Shown: positions 1 to 10,004, counted from the first letter of the stretch. The stretch is DNA of 32,000 bases from Candidatus Saccharimonadota bacterium (GCF_014252315.1 NZ_CP059216.1:270001-302000), one strand, 5' to 3'. The notes: generated by a model not told the origin, from the letters alone. Numbers and translations: made by a program.

Positions 1-1351
1 TATCAATTAACACTGTATTTTCGTTTGTATTATCATTTTTTAATAAATTTATTTTTTTTTGTAAACGTTTTAATTGATCAATAGGATCATTTAATTCTGA
101 ATAAGCATTAGCAATTTCTTGTCCATTTATAATAAGTTCAAAACGTTCTGACAATTTATTATCATCACGATGTTTCTTAGTTAAAGGGCTCATTTCTACA
201 GGATAATCAGTTATGAATGTAGGATTAATATAATTTTTTATACATTTTTCTTCAAAAATATTTTCAATAATTTTAGATTTACTTGTTTTATTATTATATT
301 TTTCTATTTGTAATTTTTTACAAACATTTATTAAATCATTTTTATCCATTTCTTTTATATCAAATCCAGTATAATTTTTTATTGAATCTAATATTGATAT
401 TCTTGAAAAAGAATTTTTAAAAAATGTGGAATAATCTTTATTATTATAAATAAACTTTATAAACATGTGTTTTATAAGTTTTTCTGTAAAATCCATCATC
501 CAATAATAATCTTTATAAGCAACATATAATTCTAATACAGTAAATTCTGGATTATGAAATCTATCCATACCTTCATTTCTAAAGTTTCTAGAAAATTCAT
601 ATACTCCATGAAATCCTCCAACTACAAGTCTTTTTAAATAAAGTTCATTAGCTATTCTTAAATATAAAGGAATTTTAAGTGTATTATGATAAGTAATAAA
701 AGGACGAGCAACAGCTCCTCCAGGAATAGGGTGTAATACAGGAGTATCTACTTCTAGATATCCTTTTTTATCTAAGAAATTTCTTATACATTGAATAATA
801 CGAGTACGTTTTATAAAAATATTTTTAACTTTATCATTTACTATTAAATCAACATAACGCATTCTATAACGTTGTTCTACATCAGAAAATGAATCGTATA
901 TATTTTTTTTATCTTTTTTTACTTGTGGTAATGGACGTATAGATTTTGATAACAAACTCAGTTTTTCTACGTATATCGTAATTTCATTAACTTTTGTTCT
1001 AAACAAAAAACCTTTTATTCCAATTATATCTCCTATATCTAATAACTTTTTTAAAAAAATGTCATATACATACTTTTTTTCTATATTGTCCATACTTAAA
1101 CATGACTTATTCATGTAAATTTGTATTCTTCCAGTATGATCTTTAAGTTCTCCGAAAGATGCTTTACCTAAAATACGTAAACGCATTAATCTACCAGCTA
1201 TACTAACTATTTTTTTATCTATAAAATTATCATATATACCACTAATTGTAATAGTAGTTATATATTCTTCTGAAGGGTACGGATTAATACCAATTTTTTT
1301 TAACTGATCTAATTTTTTCCTCCTTATAATTTGTTGTTCTGATAAAGGCAT
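1..1351 (-). CDS. lysS: Lysyl-tRNA synthetase, class II. The N-terminal ~450 aa are present; the C-terminus runs off the window start.
   Basis: Hand translation from ATG at 1351 gives MPLSEQQIIRRKKLDQLKKIGINPYPSEE...AGRLMRLRILGKASFGELKDHTGRIQIY (OB fold). It continues ...FRNEGMDRFHNPEFTVLELY (class II motif 2) ...ERFELIINGQEIANAYSELNDP. The frame stays open to position 1. It is absent from the ORF track only because it is truncated by the window edge. Confidence 0.93.
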   Translation of the reverse strand, partial: MPLSEQQIIRRKKLDQLKKIGINPYPSEEYITTITISGIYDNFIDKKIVSIAGRLMRLRILGKASFGELKDHTGRIQIYMNKSCLSMDNIEKKYVYDIFLKKLLDIGDIIGIKGFLFRTKVNEITIYVEKLSLLSKSIRPLPQVKKDKKNIYDSFSDVEQRYRMRYVDLIVNDKVKNIFIKRTRIIQCIRNFLDKKGYLEVDTPVLHPIPGGAVARPFITYHNTLKIPLYLRIANELYLKRLVVGGFHGVYEFSRNFRNEGMDRFHNPEFTVLELYVAYKDYYWMMDFTEKLIKHMFIKFIYNNKDYSTFFKNSFSRISILDSIKNYTGFDIKEMDKNDLINVCKKLQIEKYNNKTSKSKIIENIFEEKCIKNYINPTFITDYPVEMSPLTKKHRDDNKLSERFELIINGQEIANAYSELNDPIDQLKRLQKKINLLKNDNTNENTVLID

Positions 1352-1453
1352 ATATTTTTTTTTGCACCTAATCATTAGAAAATAAAAAAACGAATTTACA
1401 TTTGTTTTTGATTTAAAAAAAAACTTTATTAAAAAAATATTTTCATTTTTATT

Positions 1454-2182
1454 ATGAGAAAAAAAATACTTCTTTTTAAAGAATTAAATGGATTAAAATA
1501 TCAAGATACTTGGAGTTATCAAAAAAAAATATTTGATATTATGAAACAAGATAACAATATTTTAAAAAAAAAATATGTTGGATACTTACTATTTGTAAAA
1601 TATAATCAACATATATACACTATAGGAAAAAATGGAAAAGAAAATGAACATTTATTAGTAAACTCAGAATTTATGAAAAAAAAAAACATTGACTTCTATA
1701 GAATAGATAGAGGAGGAGATATAACTTATCATGGGCCAGGACAATTAGTTATTTATCCTATTTTAGATTTGAATTATTTTTTTATGGATATACATAAATA
1801 CATTCGTTTTCTAGAAGAAGTAATCATTAAATCATTATGGATAGGATTTAAAATAAATGGAGTTAGAGATATAGGAAAAACTGGCATTTGGATTTCAAAC
1901 AAAAAAAAAGAATTGAAAAAAATATGTTCAATAGGAATAAAAGTTAGTAGATGGGTAACTATGCATGGATTAGCATTTAATATTAATACAAATTTACAAT
2001 ATTTTAAATATATTATTCCTTGTGGAATATATAATAGAAAAATGACTTCATTAAAAAATGAATTATATAATATGAATAATAATATTAATGAAAACGAATC
2101 TTTATTATTCCATAAAACAAAAAATATAGTAAAAAAATTTTTTAAAGAAATATTTGAAGTTGAATTAATTCAAACAAATTAA
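1454..2182 (+). CDS. lipB: Octanoyl-[ACP]:protein N-octanoyltransferase (lipoate biosynthesis)
   Basis: 242-aa ORF with an ATG start. It carries the LipB signatures RIDRGGDITYHGPGQLVIYPILDL, CSIGIKVSRWVTMHG and IPCGI. Confidence 0.93.
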   Translation: MRKKILLFKELNGLKYQDTWSYQKKIFDIMKQDNNILKKKYVGYLLFVKYNQHIYTIGKNGKENEHLLVNSEFMKKKNIDFYRIDRGGDITYHGPGQLVIYPILDLNYFFMDIHKYIRFLEEVIIKSLWIGFKINGVRDIGKTGIWISNKKKELKKICSIGIKVSRWVTMHGLAFNINTNLQYFKYIIPCGIYNRKMTSLKNELYNMNNNINENESLLFHKTKNIVKKFFKEIFEVELIQTN

Positions 2183-3516
2183 TTATTTTATTAGTTTTGC
2201 TATAACTATCCCATCTTTATCTATTTTTTTTAGAATTACTTTTTGTAAAGTATTTTCAATATTTGGAAAATGTGAAAAAGGTATTTTAGTTCTTATATAA
2301 TTCTCTGTATATCCATATATATAACGATTATATTTTAAATTTTTTTCAAATAAAACAATTTTTTTTGTATTAATTTGTTTTTTACAAAAAATAAAATATT
2401 TTTTTTTAGACATATTTCTCAATATATTATTTCGTTTTTTTTTAATACTATTAGATAATTTTTTACAAAAAATTAATGATTTTGTGTTAGGCCTAGAAGA
2501 ATAAGTAAATATATGCATTGATGATATATCCAATTTTTTTATAAAAAAATAAGTATTTAAAAAATCCTTATAAGTTTCTCCAGGAAATCCAACAATGATA
2601 TCAGAACCTATATAAGCATTAGGAATAATATTACGTATTTTATTTACTTTATATTCATATAATTCTTTTTTATATCTTCTATGCATTTTACCTAAAATAT
2701 AATTACTACCGGATTGTAATGGAATATGAAAATGAGGAGCAAAATATTTGCTTTTAGACAAAAATTCTATAATTTCATCTTCTAAAAGATTTGGTTCTAT
2801 AGAAGATAAACGAATTCTTTTATTTTCTTCTTCATTTATTATTTTTGATAAAAAATATTCAATAGTTTTTAATAATTTGAAAAATGTATCAACATTTCCT
2901 GAATTATTTCTATTTTTAAAATCTCCTAAGTTAATTCCTGTTAAAACTATTTCTTTTACTTCATTTTTAAATAAATAAAATATATTACTCAATATATTAT
3001 TTATATTATCAGAACGGGATATTCCTCTAGACATAGGAATAATGCAATAACTACATTTATAATTACATCCATCTTGTATTTTTAAAAATGAACGTGTTCT
3101 ATTTCCTATTGAAAATGATGGAAAAAAACATTCATTATTATTCGATACGTTAATTTTTCTTTTTTTTTCATTTTTAATATTAATAAAATCAATAATATTA
3201 AATTTATCCTTATTTCCTAATACTAAACTTACTCCCTTTATATTAGACACCTTTTCAGGATTATATTGTGCATAGCATCCAGTAGCTATTATATAAGCTT
3301 TATCATTTTTCTTAATAGCACAACGAACAATATATTCGAAATCCATTTCCGCATTTTTTGTTACAGAACAACTATTTATAATATAAATGTCTGCATAATC
3401 TTTAAATGATACATGTTCATAATATAAACTAGAAAATTTTCTTTCTATAGTTGAAGTTTCTGCATAATTCAGTTTACATCCTATTGTATAAAATGCAATT
3501 TTTTTTTTTTTATCAT
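2183..3516 (-). CDS. mtaB: Radical-SAM methylthiotransferase, MtaB-like (tRNA ms2t6A37). The reading frame is broken between the ATG at 3516 and the body of the gene by an A13 tract on the coding strand.
   Basis: The track ORF 2183..3346 has the radical-SAM motif CNYKCSYC and the third MTTase cysteine (ATGCYAQ). The same frame is open upstream to 3559 and encodes KKKKIAFYTIGCKLNYAETSTIERKF...IYIINSCSVTKNAE. This is the conserved MTTase N-terminus with the other two cluster cysteines, but it contains no ATG, GTG or TTG. The only ATG, at 3516, is 15 nt after the peroxiredoxin stop and lies one base out of frame. Confidence 0.8.
3499..3511 (-). repeat. 13-nt homopolymer (T13 on + strand, A13 on the mtaB coding strand) at codons 2-6 of mtaB
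   Basis: Counted directly: tt (3499-3500), then tttttttttt (3501-3510), then t (3511). It is flanked by ...gcaa and atcat.... Confidence 0.9.
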
Positions 3517-3531
3517 AAATCTTATTATAAA

Positions 3532-4173
3532 TTAAGATGAAAAATAATCTATAATTCCATCATGATTAGCTGAAATAGTTTTATCTCCTGTAGTCCAATT
3601 AGCTGGACAAACCTCCCCATTTTTCTCAAATGATTGAAGAGCATCTATCATACGTAATGATTCATGTATATTTCTACCTAAAGGAAAATCATTTATCAAA
3701 ATGTGTCTTATAATACTTTTTTTATCTATTAAAAATAAACCTCTATAGGGAACCATTTCCTCTTCTTTTTCAATTGAATTATTGTTGTTATTACTACAAT
3801 TACAATGTAATTTTCCTGATAAAACACCATAATTATATGATATAGTTTTATTTATATCTGAAACAATAGGATATGTTACACCACATATACCTCCATCTTT
3901 TCTTTTTATTTGTAACCAAGTCCAATGGGCATATTCTGTATCTGTTGATACAGCAATAATTTGAGTATTTCTATCTTCAAATTTTTTTATATTATCTTGA
4001 AAAGCATAAATTTCCGTAGGACATACAAAAGTAAAATCTTTAGGATAAAAAAATAAAATAACATATTTTTTACCTATAAATTGTTCTATAGTAAAATCAT
4101 GTACAATATCTTTTCCATTTAATACTGCACTTGTTTTAAAATTAGGAGCTTTTTTTGCAATTAATGTATTCAT
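3532..4173 (-). CDS. ahpC: Typical 2-Cys peroxiredoxin (AhpC/Tsa family)
   Basis: The peroxidatic Cys lies in FFYPKDFTFVCPTEI and the resolving Cys in GEVCPANW. The track start at 4182 is a TTG. The ATG at 4173 gives MNTLIAKKAPNF, the usual N-terminus. Confidence 0.9.
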   Translation of the reverse strand: MNTLIAKKAPNFKTSAVLNGKDIVHDFTIEQFIGKKYVILFFYPKDFTFVCPTEIYAFQDNIKKFEDRNTQIIAVSTDTEYAHWTWLQIKRKDGGICGVTYPIVSDINKTISYNYGVLSGKLHCNCSNNNNNSIEKEEEMVPYRGLFLIDKKSIIRHILINDFPLGRNIHESLRMIDALQSFEKNGEVCPANWTTGDKTISANHDGIIDYFSS

Positions 4174-4217
4174 TATATTCAATATTAATACTAATTTAAA
4201 AAAAAATATTTCAACAT

Positions 4218-6050
4218 TTATACATATCTATGTAATTTTTTGTTAATTTTATTTTTAAGATTCGTTAAATATATAATCCTTTTTATAAAAATTTTTTTAT
4301 TATTGTTAACATTTGTATTATTATAATGATATATTTCATTTTTTATCAATCTTAATATATATAAAGATTTATATCTCAATAATATTTCTTGTAAATAAAG
4401 TTTAAATTTTTTTTCTTTACAATTATCCCATTCTACAGTATTTTTTTTATATAATGTATTTGTTGTATATACTGAATAACAATGTAACATATTATTATTT
4501 ATTTGTTTTAAACATATATTTTCAAATATTTTTATACTTTTTTTGAACAAAAAACTAATATTCCAACGTTTAAATGTTTGTAATATAATATCGGAAATTT
4601 TAACATTTTTATTATTATTTTGTATTGTTTTTTCTCCATATTTTATGGCTATTTTAATTAATGTTTTTTCAATAAGTAAAATAGAATCTTGTTCTTTTTC
4701 TTTTTTCTTTTTACGAAAAAAAAATATGTTGTATTTGTCTGAATCATCATTATAAATTTTTTTTAATTCATATATCAATATTTTATAACGAATATTAAAA
4801 ATTCTACTAACTTCTTGTAAATACAATTCCCTTTGAATAACATTGTTAATCTTAGATATACTATTTAATATTCCAAAAATTAAAAATGATTTTTTAACAA
4901 TATCATTATTATGATATTTTTCGTATACCTTTTGTTTAAAAGATATAAAATTATAACTATTATTATTTATAAAAGTACGCAAATCATAGTATGAATATTT
5001 TCTTGATATAGAATCTGGATCTTCTCCATTAGATAAAAATAATACTCTTAAATTAATATCTTGTTCTAAAAACATATTAATAATTCTTAAAGAAGCCTTA
5101 ATTCCAGAAATATCACCATCATAAAAAAGAATAATGTTTTTAGTTAATTGTTTAATTAATAATATTTGATTTACAGTAATAGATATACCTGAAGTAGAAA
5201 CTACATTTTTTATTCCAGATTGATATAAAGAAATTACATCTGTGTATCCTTCTACTAGATAACAAATATTTTCTTTTAAAATATTTTTCCTAGACTGAAA
5301 AAATCCATATAATACATTACTTTTTTGAAATATAGGACTTTCAGCAGAATTAATGTATTTAACAACATTTAAAGAACATTTATCAATGCTCCTTCCACCA
5401 AATCCTACAACATATCCTGAAATATCATGAATTGGAAACATTATTCTTTTTCTAAAAGAATCAAAATTATTGTAATTTTTAGATGTCACTAATCCTGAAT
5501 TAATTAAATCAGATATTTTAAATCCTTTTCTTAAAGAATTGTTTGTAAAATTTTTCCATGAATTTAAAGCATATCCTAATTCAAATTTTTTAATTATTTC
5601 TATATTAAATCCTCTATTTTTTAAATAATTTAATCCATATTTAATTCCTTCCTTATTAAATAATAATTGATTTGAAAAAAAATGTTTAGCATAATTATGA
5701 ATACAAAATAATTGTTTATTTACATAATAATCATTATTATTTCTTTTATAAAAAAACTTTTTATCTATTTTAATGTTATACTTATTAGCTAAATATTTTA
5801 TTGATTCTATATAAGTAAAACATTCACTTTCCATAAGAAAAGCAATAACATCACCCCCCTTACCTGAACTAAAATCTTTCCATATATTCTTTATAGGAGA
5901 AACAATAAAAGATGGATTTTTTTCTTTTGAAAAAGGACTAAATCCTCTGTAATTAATCCCGCTTTTTTTTAATTCTATAAAATCTCCAATAACATCTTCT
6001 ATACGGGAAACAGATAAAATTTTTTCTTTAATATTTTGAGGAATTATCAT
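4218..6050 (-). CDS. dnaG: DNA primase
   Basis: TOPRIM motifs are present: LVEGYTDVISLYQSG and LFYDGDISGIKAS. The N-terminus is primase-like: RIEDVIGDFIELKKSG...EKNPSFIVSP...GKGGDVIAFLME. The track start at 6077 is a TTG. The ATG at 6050 gives MIIPQNIKEKIL.... Confidence 0.9.
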   Translation of the reverse strand: MIIPQNIKEKILSVSRIEDVIGDFIELKKSGINYRGFSPFSKEKNPSFIVSPIKNIWKDFSSGKGGDVIAFLMESECFTYIESIKYLANKYNIKIDKKFFYKRNNNDYYVNKQLFCIHNYAKHFFSNQLLFNKEGIKYGLNYLKNRGFNIEIIKKFELGYALNSWKNFTNNSLRKGFKISDLINSGLVTSKNYNNFDSFRKRIMFPIHDISGYVVGFGGRSIDKCSLNVVKYINSAESPIFQKSNVLYGFFQSRKNILKENICYLVEGYTDVISLYQSGIKNVVSTSGISITVNQILLIKQLTKNIILFYDGDISGIKASLRIINMFLEQDINLRVLFLSNGEDPDSISRKYSYYDLRTFINNNSYNFISFKQKVYEKYHNNDIVKKSFLIFGILNSISKINNVIQRELYLQEVSRIFNIRYKILIYELKKIYNDDSDKYNIFFFRKKKKEKEQDSILLIEKTLIKIAIKYGEKTIQNNNKNVKISDIILQTFKRWNISFLFKKSIKIFENICLKQINNNMLHCYSVYTTNTLYKKNTVEWDNCKEKKFKLYLQEILLRYKSLYILRLIKNEIYHYNNTNVNNNKKIFIKRIIYLTNLKNKINKKLHRYV

Positions 6051-6073
6051 TTTTGAGTATAAAACTTTATTTA

Positions 6074-6736
6074 TCAAGAATATTTTAACTTACTAATAAC
6101 CTCTTTTGGATTGGAATCGGTAAAAATAGTTGATCCAGACACCAATATATTAGCTCCGTTTTTAAATAAAAAAAATGAATTTTCTAGATCAACTCCTCCA
6201 TCTATTTCTATCAAAGCAGACGATCTTTTACTTATAATTAAATTCTTTGCATCTTCTATTTTAGAATATGTATTTTTTATAAATTTTTGCCCACTAAATC
6301 CAGGATTTACACTCATTAATAATACAAAATCTATATCATTAATAATTTCTTTCAGTAATAACACTGGTGTATGAGGATTAATAGCTACACCAACTTTAAT
6401 TCCATAATTTTTTATATAAGTAATAGTTCTATTTAAGTTAATACATGTTTCATAATGAATATGTATATGATCTGCTCCATATTCTACAAGTTGTTTTATA
6501 TAAGGATATGGATCTGATATCATTAGATGAACATCTATAGGTTTAGATACATATTTTTTTACATGTTTAACAAATAAAAAACCAAATGATATGTTGGAAA
6601 CAAAAGATGAATCCATAATATCAACATGTATCCAGTCGGCTTTACTTTCATTTAACATCTTTATCTCTTTATATAAAAAAGATAAATTTGCTGACAATAA
6701 AGATGGAGCTATAATTCTTTTTTCATATTTAACCAT
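6074..6736 (-). CDS. rpe: Ribulose-phosphate 3-epimerase
   Basis: 220 aa with an ATG start. Motifs: IAPSLLSANLSFL, WIHVDIMDSSFV, MSVNPGFSGQKF and EIDGGV. Confidence 0.93.
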   Translation of the reverse strand: MVKYEKRIIAPSLLSANLSFLYKEIKMLNESKADWIHVDIMDSSFVSNISFGFLFVKHVKKYVSKPIDVHLMISDPYPYIKQLVEYGADHIHIHYETCINLNRTITYIKNYGIKVGVAINPHTPVLLLKEIINDIDFVLLMSVNPGFSGQKFIKNTYSKIEDAKNLIISKRSSALIEIDGGVDLENSFFLFKNGANILVSGSTIFTDSNPKEVISKLKYS

Positions 6737-6753
6737 AATTTATTAATTACAAT

Positions 6754-7560
6754 TTATTTTATTAATGATTCATCAATTCCGTTACTAGAAAAACCACCAT
6801 CATGATACAAATTCTGCATTGTAACCTTTCTAGTTAAATCTGAGAATAAAGTAATTATATAATTAGCACAATCTTGTGAAGAAGCATTTCCTAATGGAGA
6901 CATTTTATCTGATAATGTAATAAATTTATCAAATCCTTTAATAGATTTAGAAGATCTACTTACAACAGGAGATTGTGATACTGTATTAACTCTAACTTTT
7001 TCCTTAATTCCCCAATAATATCCAAAATTTCTAGCAACACTTTCTAAATAAGATTTATGATCAGACATATCTCCGTAAAATGGAAAAATACGATGAGAAG
7101 CTATATAAGTTAATGCAACAATTGATCCCCATTTATTTATAGCCTTTTTATTCCATGCTACTTTCATTATTTTATGAAAAGAAACAGCAGATATATCCCA
7201 TCCTTTACGTAAAAAATCGTAGTTTAACATAGTATAATCCAATTTTTTTCTGATATTTTCAGACATTGCTATAGAATGCAATAAAAAATCAATTTTTCCT
7301 TTCAATAAATCTAAAGTTTTATCAAATAAAATATTAATATCTGAAATAGATGTAGCATCTGCTGGAATAATAATTGAATTTGTTTTATTAGATAAATCAA
7401 TAATTTTATTTTTACTTATTCTAAAAGATATTGGAGTGTTTGTCAACACAAGACTAGCACCTTCTTCATAAGCACGTTCTGCAACTTTCCAAGCAATAGA
7501 ACTTTCATCTAAAGCACCAAATATAATACCTTTTTTACCTTTTAAAAGATTGTAAGACAT
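6754..7560 (-). CDS. fabI: Enoyl-[ACP] reductase (NADH)
   Basis: MSYNLLKGKKGIIFGALDESSIAWKVAERAYEEGASLVLT is a typical flavobacterial FabI N-terminus. The longer ORF from ATG 7584 would overlap the metK stop by 14 nt, so I prefer ATG 7560. Confidence 0.9.
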   Translation of the reverse strand: MSYNLLKGKKGIIFGALDESSIAWKVAERAYEEGASLVLTNTPISFRISKNKIIDLSNKTNSIIIPADATSISDINILFDKTLDLLKGKIDFLLHSIAMSENIRKKLDYTMLNYDFLRKGWDISAVSFHKIMKVAWNKKAINKWGSIVALTYIASHRIFPFYGDMSDHKSYLESVARNFGYYWGIKEKVRVNTVSQSPVVSRSSKSIKGFDKFITLSDKMSPLGNASSQDCANYIITLFSDLTRKVTMQNLYHDGGFSSNGIDESLIK

Positions 7561-7570
7561 ATTTTTTTTC

Positions 7571-8842
7571 TTATTTAAAAACATCTTGTATAATTGTAAT
7601 ATAATCCAACTTTTCCCATGGAAAAAGTTCTACTTGTCTATTTACAACATTTCCCATTGCATCTGAAAAAGATTTATATACTTTTCTTGGGGATTTTCCC
7701 ATATGACCATACACAGCAGTATTTTCAAATATAGGATTACATAAATTAAGTCTTTTTTCTATTGCATAAGGTCTTAGATCAAAAACTTTATTTATATTGG
7801 ATGCTATAACTTCATCATTTATTTTTGATTTTCCATAAGTATTAACAAAAATATTTATAGGTTTTTCTATTCCTGCAACATAAGATATTTGTAATAAAAC
7901 TTCATCCGATATGCCTGATGCAACTATATTTTTAGCTATATGTCTAGCTTCATAAGCTCCAGATCTATCCATTTTAGATGGATCCTTTCCAGAAAAAGCC
8001 CCACCACCATGAGCCCCTCTACCTCCATAAGTATCTACAATAATTTTTCTACCAGTTAGGCCTGTATCTCCATTAGGGCCTCCTATAACAAATCTACCTG
8101 TAGTATTTATATAATATTTTGTATTATCCGTAAATAATTCTTCTATGTCGTAATATAGAAAATTTTTTTTTAATCTAGGAATCAATATATTTTTAACGTC
8201 CATATTAATCTTTTTATGCATATTTTCTTTTGTATCAAATTCGTCATGTTGAGTAGAAACTACTACGGAATTAACATGAATAGGAACGTTTTTATCTGAA
8301 TACTCAACTGTAACTTGTGACTTAGAATCTGGACGTAAATAAGTCATTATTTTTCCTTCATTTCTTATATCAGATAATTCTTTTAATAAACTATGAGAAA
8401 GTTCTAATGATAATGGCATATAATTATATGATTCTTTTACTGCATAACCGAATACAACACATTGATCTCCTGCTCCTATATTTGATAGGGGGTTTTTATT
8501 ATTCAATTGTAAATTATGATTTCTAATCCCTTTAATTAAATCCAAAGATTGTTCTTTAATAGCTACAATAATACCACAAGAATTTGCATTGAAATTATAT
8601 TCGTTTTTGGTATAACCTATTTTTCGTAAAACATTACGAGATATATTTTGAACATTCACCAATGTATTAGCATTTACTTCTCCAGCTATTATAATTTGTC
8701 CAGTTGTTACCATAGTTTCTATAGCTACTTTTGCATTTTGATCAAAAGCTAGAAAATTATCTAATATAGCATCTGATATTTGATCAGAAATCTTATCTGG
8801 ATGACCTTCTGAAACAGATTCACTGGTGAATATATAAGCCAA
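7571..8842 (-). CDS. metK: S-adenosylmethionine synthetase
   Basis: AYIFTSESVSEGHPDKISDQISDAILD, GAGDQ and GGGAFSGKDPSKMDRSGAY. The start codon at 8842-8840 is TTG, and there is no in-frame ATG near the conserved N-terminus. Confidence 0.95.
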   Translation of the reverse strand: MAYIFTSESVSEGHPDKISDQISDAILDNFLAFDQNAKVAIETMVTTGQIIIAGEVNANTLVNVQNISRNVLRKIGYTKNEYNFNANSCGIIVAIKEQSLDLIKGIRNHNLQLNNKNPLSNIGAGDQCVVFGYAVKESYNYMPLSLELSHSLLKELSDIRNEGKIMTYLRPDSKSQVTVEYSDKNVPIHVNSVVVSTQHDEFDTKENMHKKINMDVKNILIPRLKKNFLYYDIEELFTDNTKYYINTTGRFVIGGPNGDTGLTGRKIIVDTYGGRGAHGGGAFSGKDPSKMDRSGAYEARHIAKNIVASGISDEVLLQISYVAGIEKPINIFVNTYGKSKINDEVIASNINKVFDLRPYAIEKRLNLCNPIFENTAVYGHMGKSPRKVYKSFSDAMGNVVNRQVELFPWEKLDYITIIQDVFK

Positions 8843-8844
8843 AA

Positions 8845-9942
8845 CTATTTCATAGTTTTATTTTGAATCTTAATTGATTCTTGATGTAATAATTTAAAAA
8901 TATTTTTTAGAAGTTGTTCAGGAATACCTAAATCTTTTCCTAAGTTAATAGATTGTTTCATAATAATATTCCATCTATTGGGTTGTAAAATATTTATATC
9001 CAAATTTTTTTTTATTATACCTAATTTTCTAGAAATATTCATTCTTTCTGATAAAATAGAAATAATATTTTCATCTAATTCATCTATCAATAGTCTAAAA
9101 GACTCCAAATCCCTTTGATTTTTTGTAATATAATCCTTATTTGAATTTGAATAAAATGATTTCAAAAAATCTAACAATATATCCGGGGTTATTTGTTGAT
9201 TAGAATCGCTCCAAGCCTTACTTGGATCATAATGACTTTCTATCATAAGTCCATCGCAATTAAAATAACGAATAGATTTATTCGATATATCAAATAACCT
9301 GTCTCTATTTCCACATATATGTGAAGGATCACATAATATTGGTATTTCCGGAATTATATTTTTAATTTCTAATACTAATTTCCAATTAGGTTGATTACGA
9401 TATTTCAAACTTTTATAAGTATAGAAGCCTCTATGTATTAATCCAATTTTTCTTATTCCTTTTTTATATAATCTTTCTACTGCCCCTATCCATAACTCTA
9501 TATCTGGATGAATTGGATTTTTAACTAAAACAATTTTATCATTTTGACCAACTAAAGAGTCTGCTATTTCTTGAACAAGAAAAGGATTTGTAGTGCTTCT
9601 AGCACCTATCCATAATATATCTACATCATGATTAATACATAATTTAACATGTTCTTTGTTAGCAACCTCTGTTGCTATATAAATTCCATTATTTTTTTTA
9701 ACTTCTCTTAACCATTTTAACCCTTCTATTCCTATACCTTCAAAATTTCCAGGTTTTGTTCTTGGCTTCCATATTCCAGCTCTAAATGCATGAACATAAG
9801 ATTTTCCTTCGTTTTTTAGTAATCCGTTTGCAGTATTAAAAATTTGCATTTTACTTTCTGCACTACAAGGCCCAGATATTATAAAAGGGTTATTACAATT
9901 ATCAATCCAAGATCTATCTATATTTTTATTTAAAACATCCAT
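8845..9942 (-). CDS. Bifunctional 3-deoxy-7-phosphoheptulonate (DAHP) synthase / chorismate mutase
   Basis: The N-terminal part is class I-beta DAHP/KDO8P-synthase-like: IISGPCSAES, IWIGARSTTNP and CDPSHICGNR. The C-terminal ~90 aa is a chorismate-mutase type II helix bundle: FRLLIDELDENIISILSERMNISRKLGIIKK. The track start at 9945 is a GTG and the adjacent ATG is at 9942. Confidence 0.88.
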   Translation of the reverse strand: MDVLNKNIDRSWIDNCNNPFIISGPCSAESKMQIFNTANGLLKNEGKSYVHAFRAGIWKPRTKPGNFEGIGIEGLKWLREVKKNNGIYIATEVANKEHVKLCINHDVDILWIGARSTTNPFLVQEIADSLVGQNDKIVLVKNPIHPDIELWIGAVERLYKKGIRKIGLIHRGFYTYKSLKYRNQPNWKLVLEIKNIIPEIPILCDPSHICGNRDRLFDISNKSIRYFNCDGLMIESHYDPSKAWSDSNQQITPDILLDFLKSFYSNSNKDYITKNQRDLESFRLLIDELDENIISILSERMNISRKLGIIKKNLDINILQPNRWNIIMKQSINLGKDLGIPEQLLKNIFKLLHQESIKIQNKTMK

Positions 9943-10004
9943 CACAATACATTTTAACAGTTTACAAAATATTTTATTATAATAATAATTATTTATTTTA
10001 TTAT

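Noticed and set aside
1397-1404. TACATTTG, 50 nt upstream of lipB, matches the Bacteroidetes -7 promoter consensus TAnnTTTG.
   Set aside because: The only upstream TTTG (1361-1364) is ~32 nt away rather than the ~19-21 nt expected. A single octamer match in AT-rich DNA is too weak to call a promoter.
3745-3819. An apparent low-complexity insertion (SGKLHCNCSNNNNNSIEKEEEMVPY) in the peroxiredoxin, between the GVL and RGLFLID motifs.
   Set aside because: As far as I recall, flavobacterial 2-Cys peroxiredoxins of ~210 aa carry an insertion of similar length at this position. Only the composition has drifted (Asn run), so it is not a new domain.
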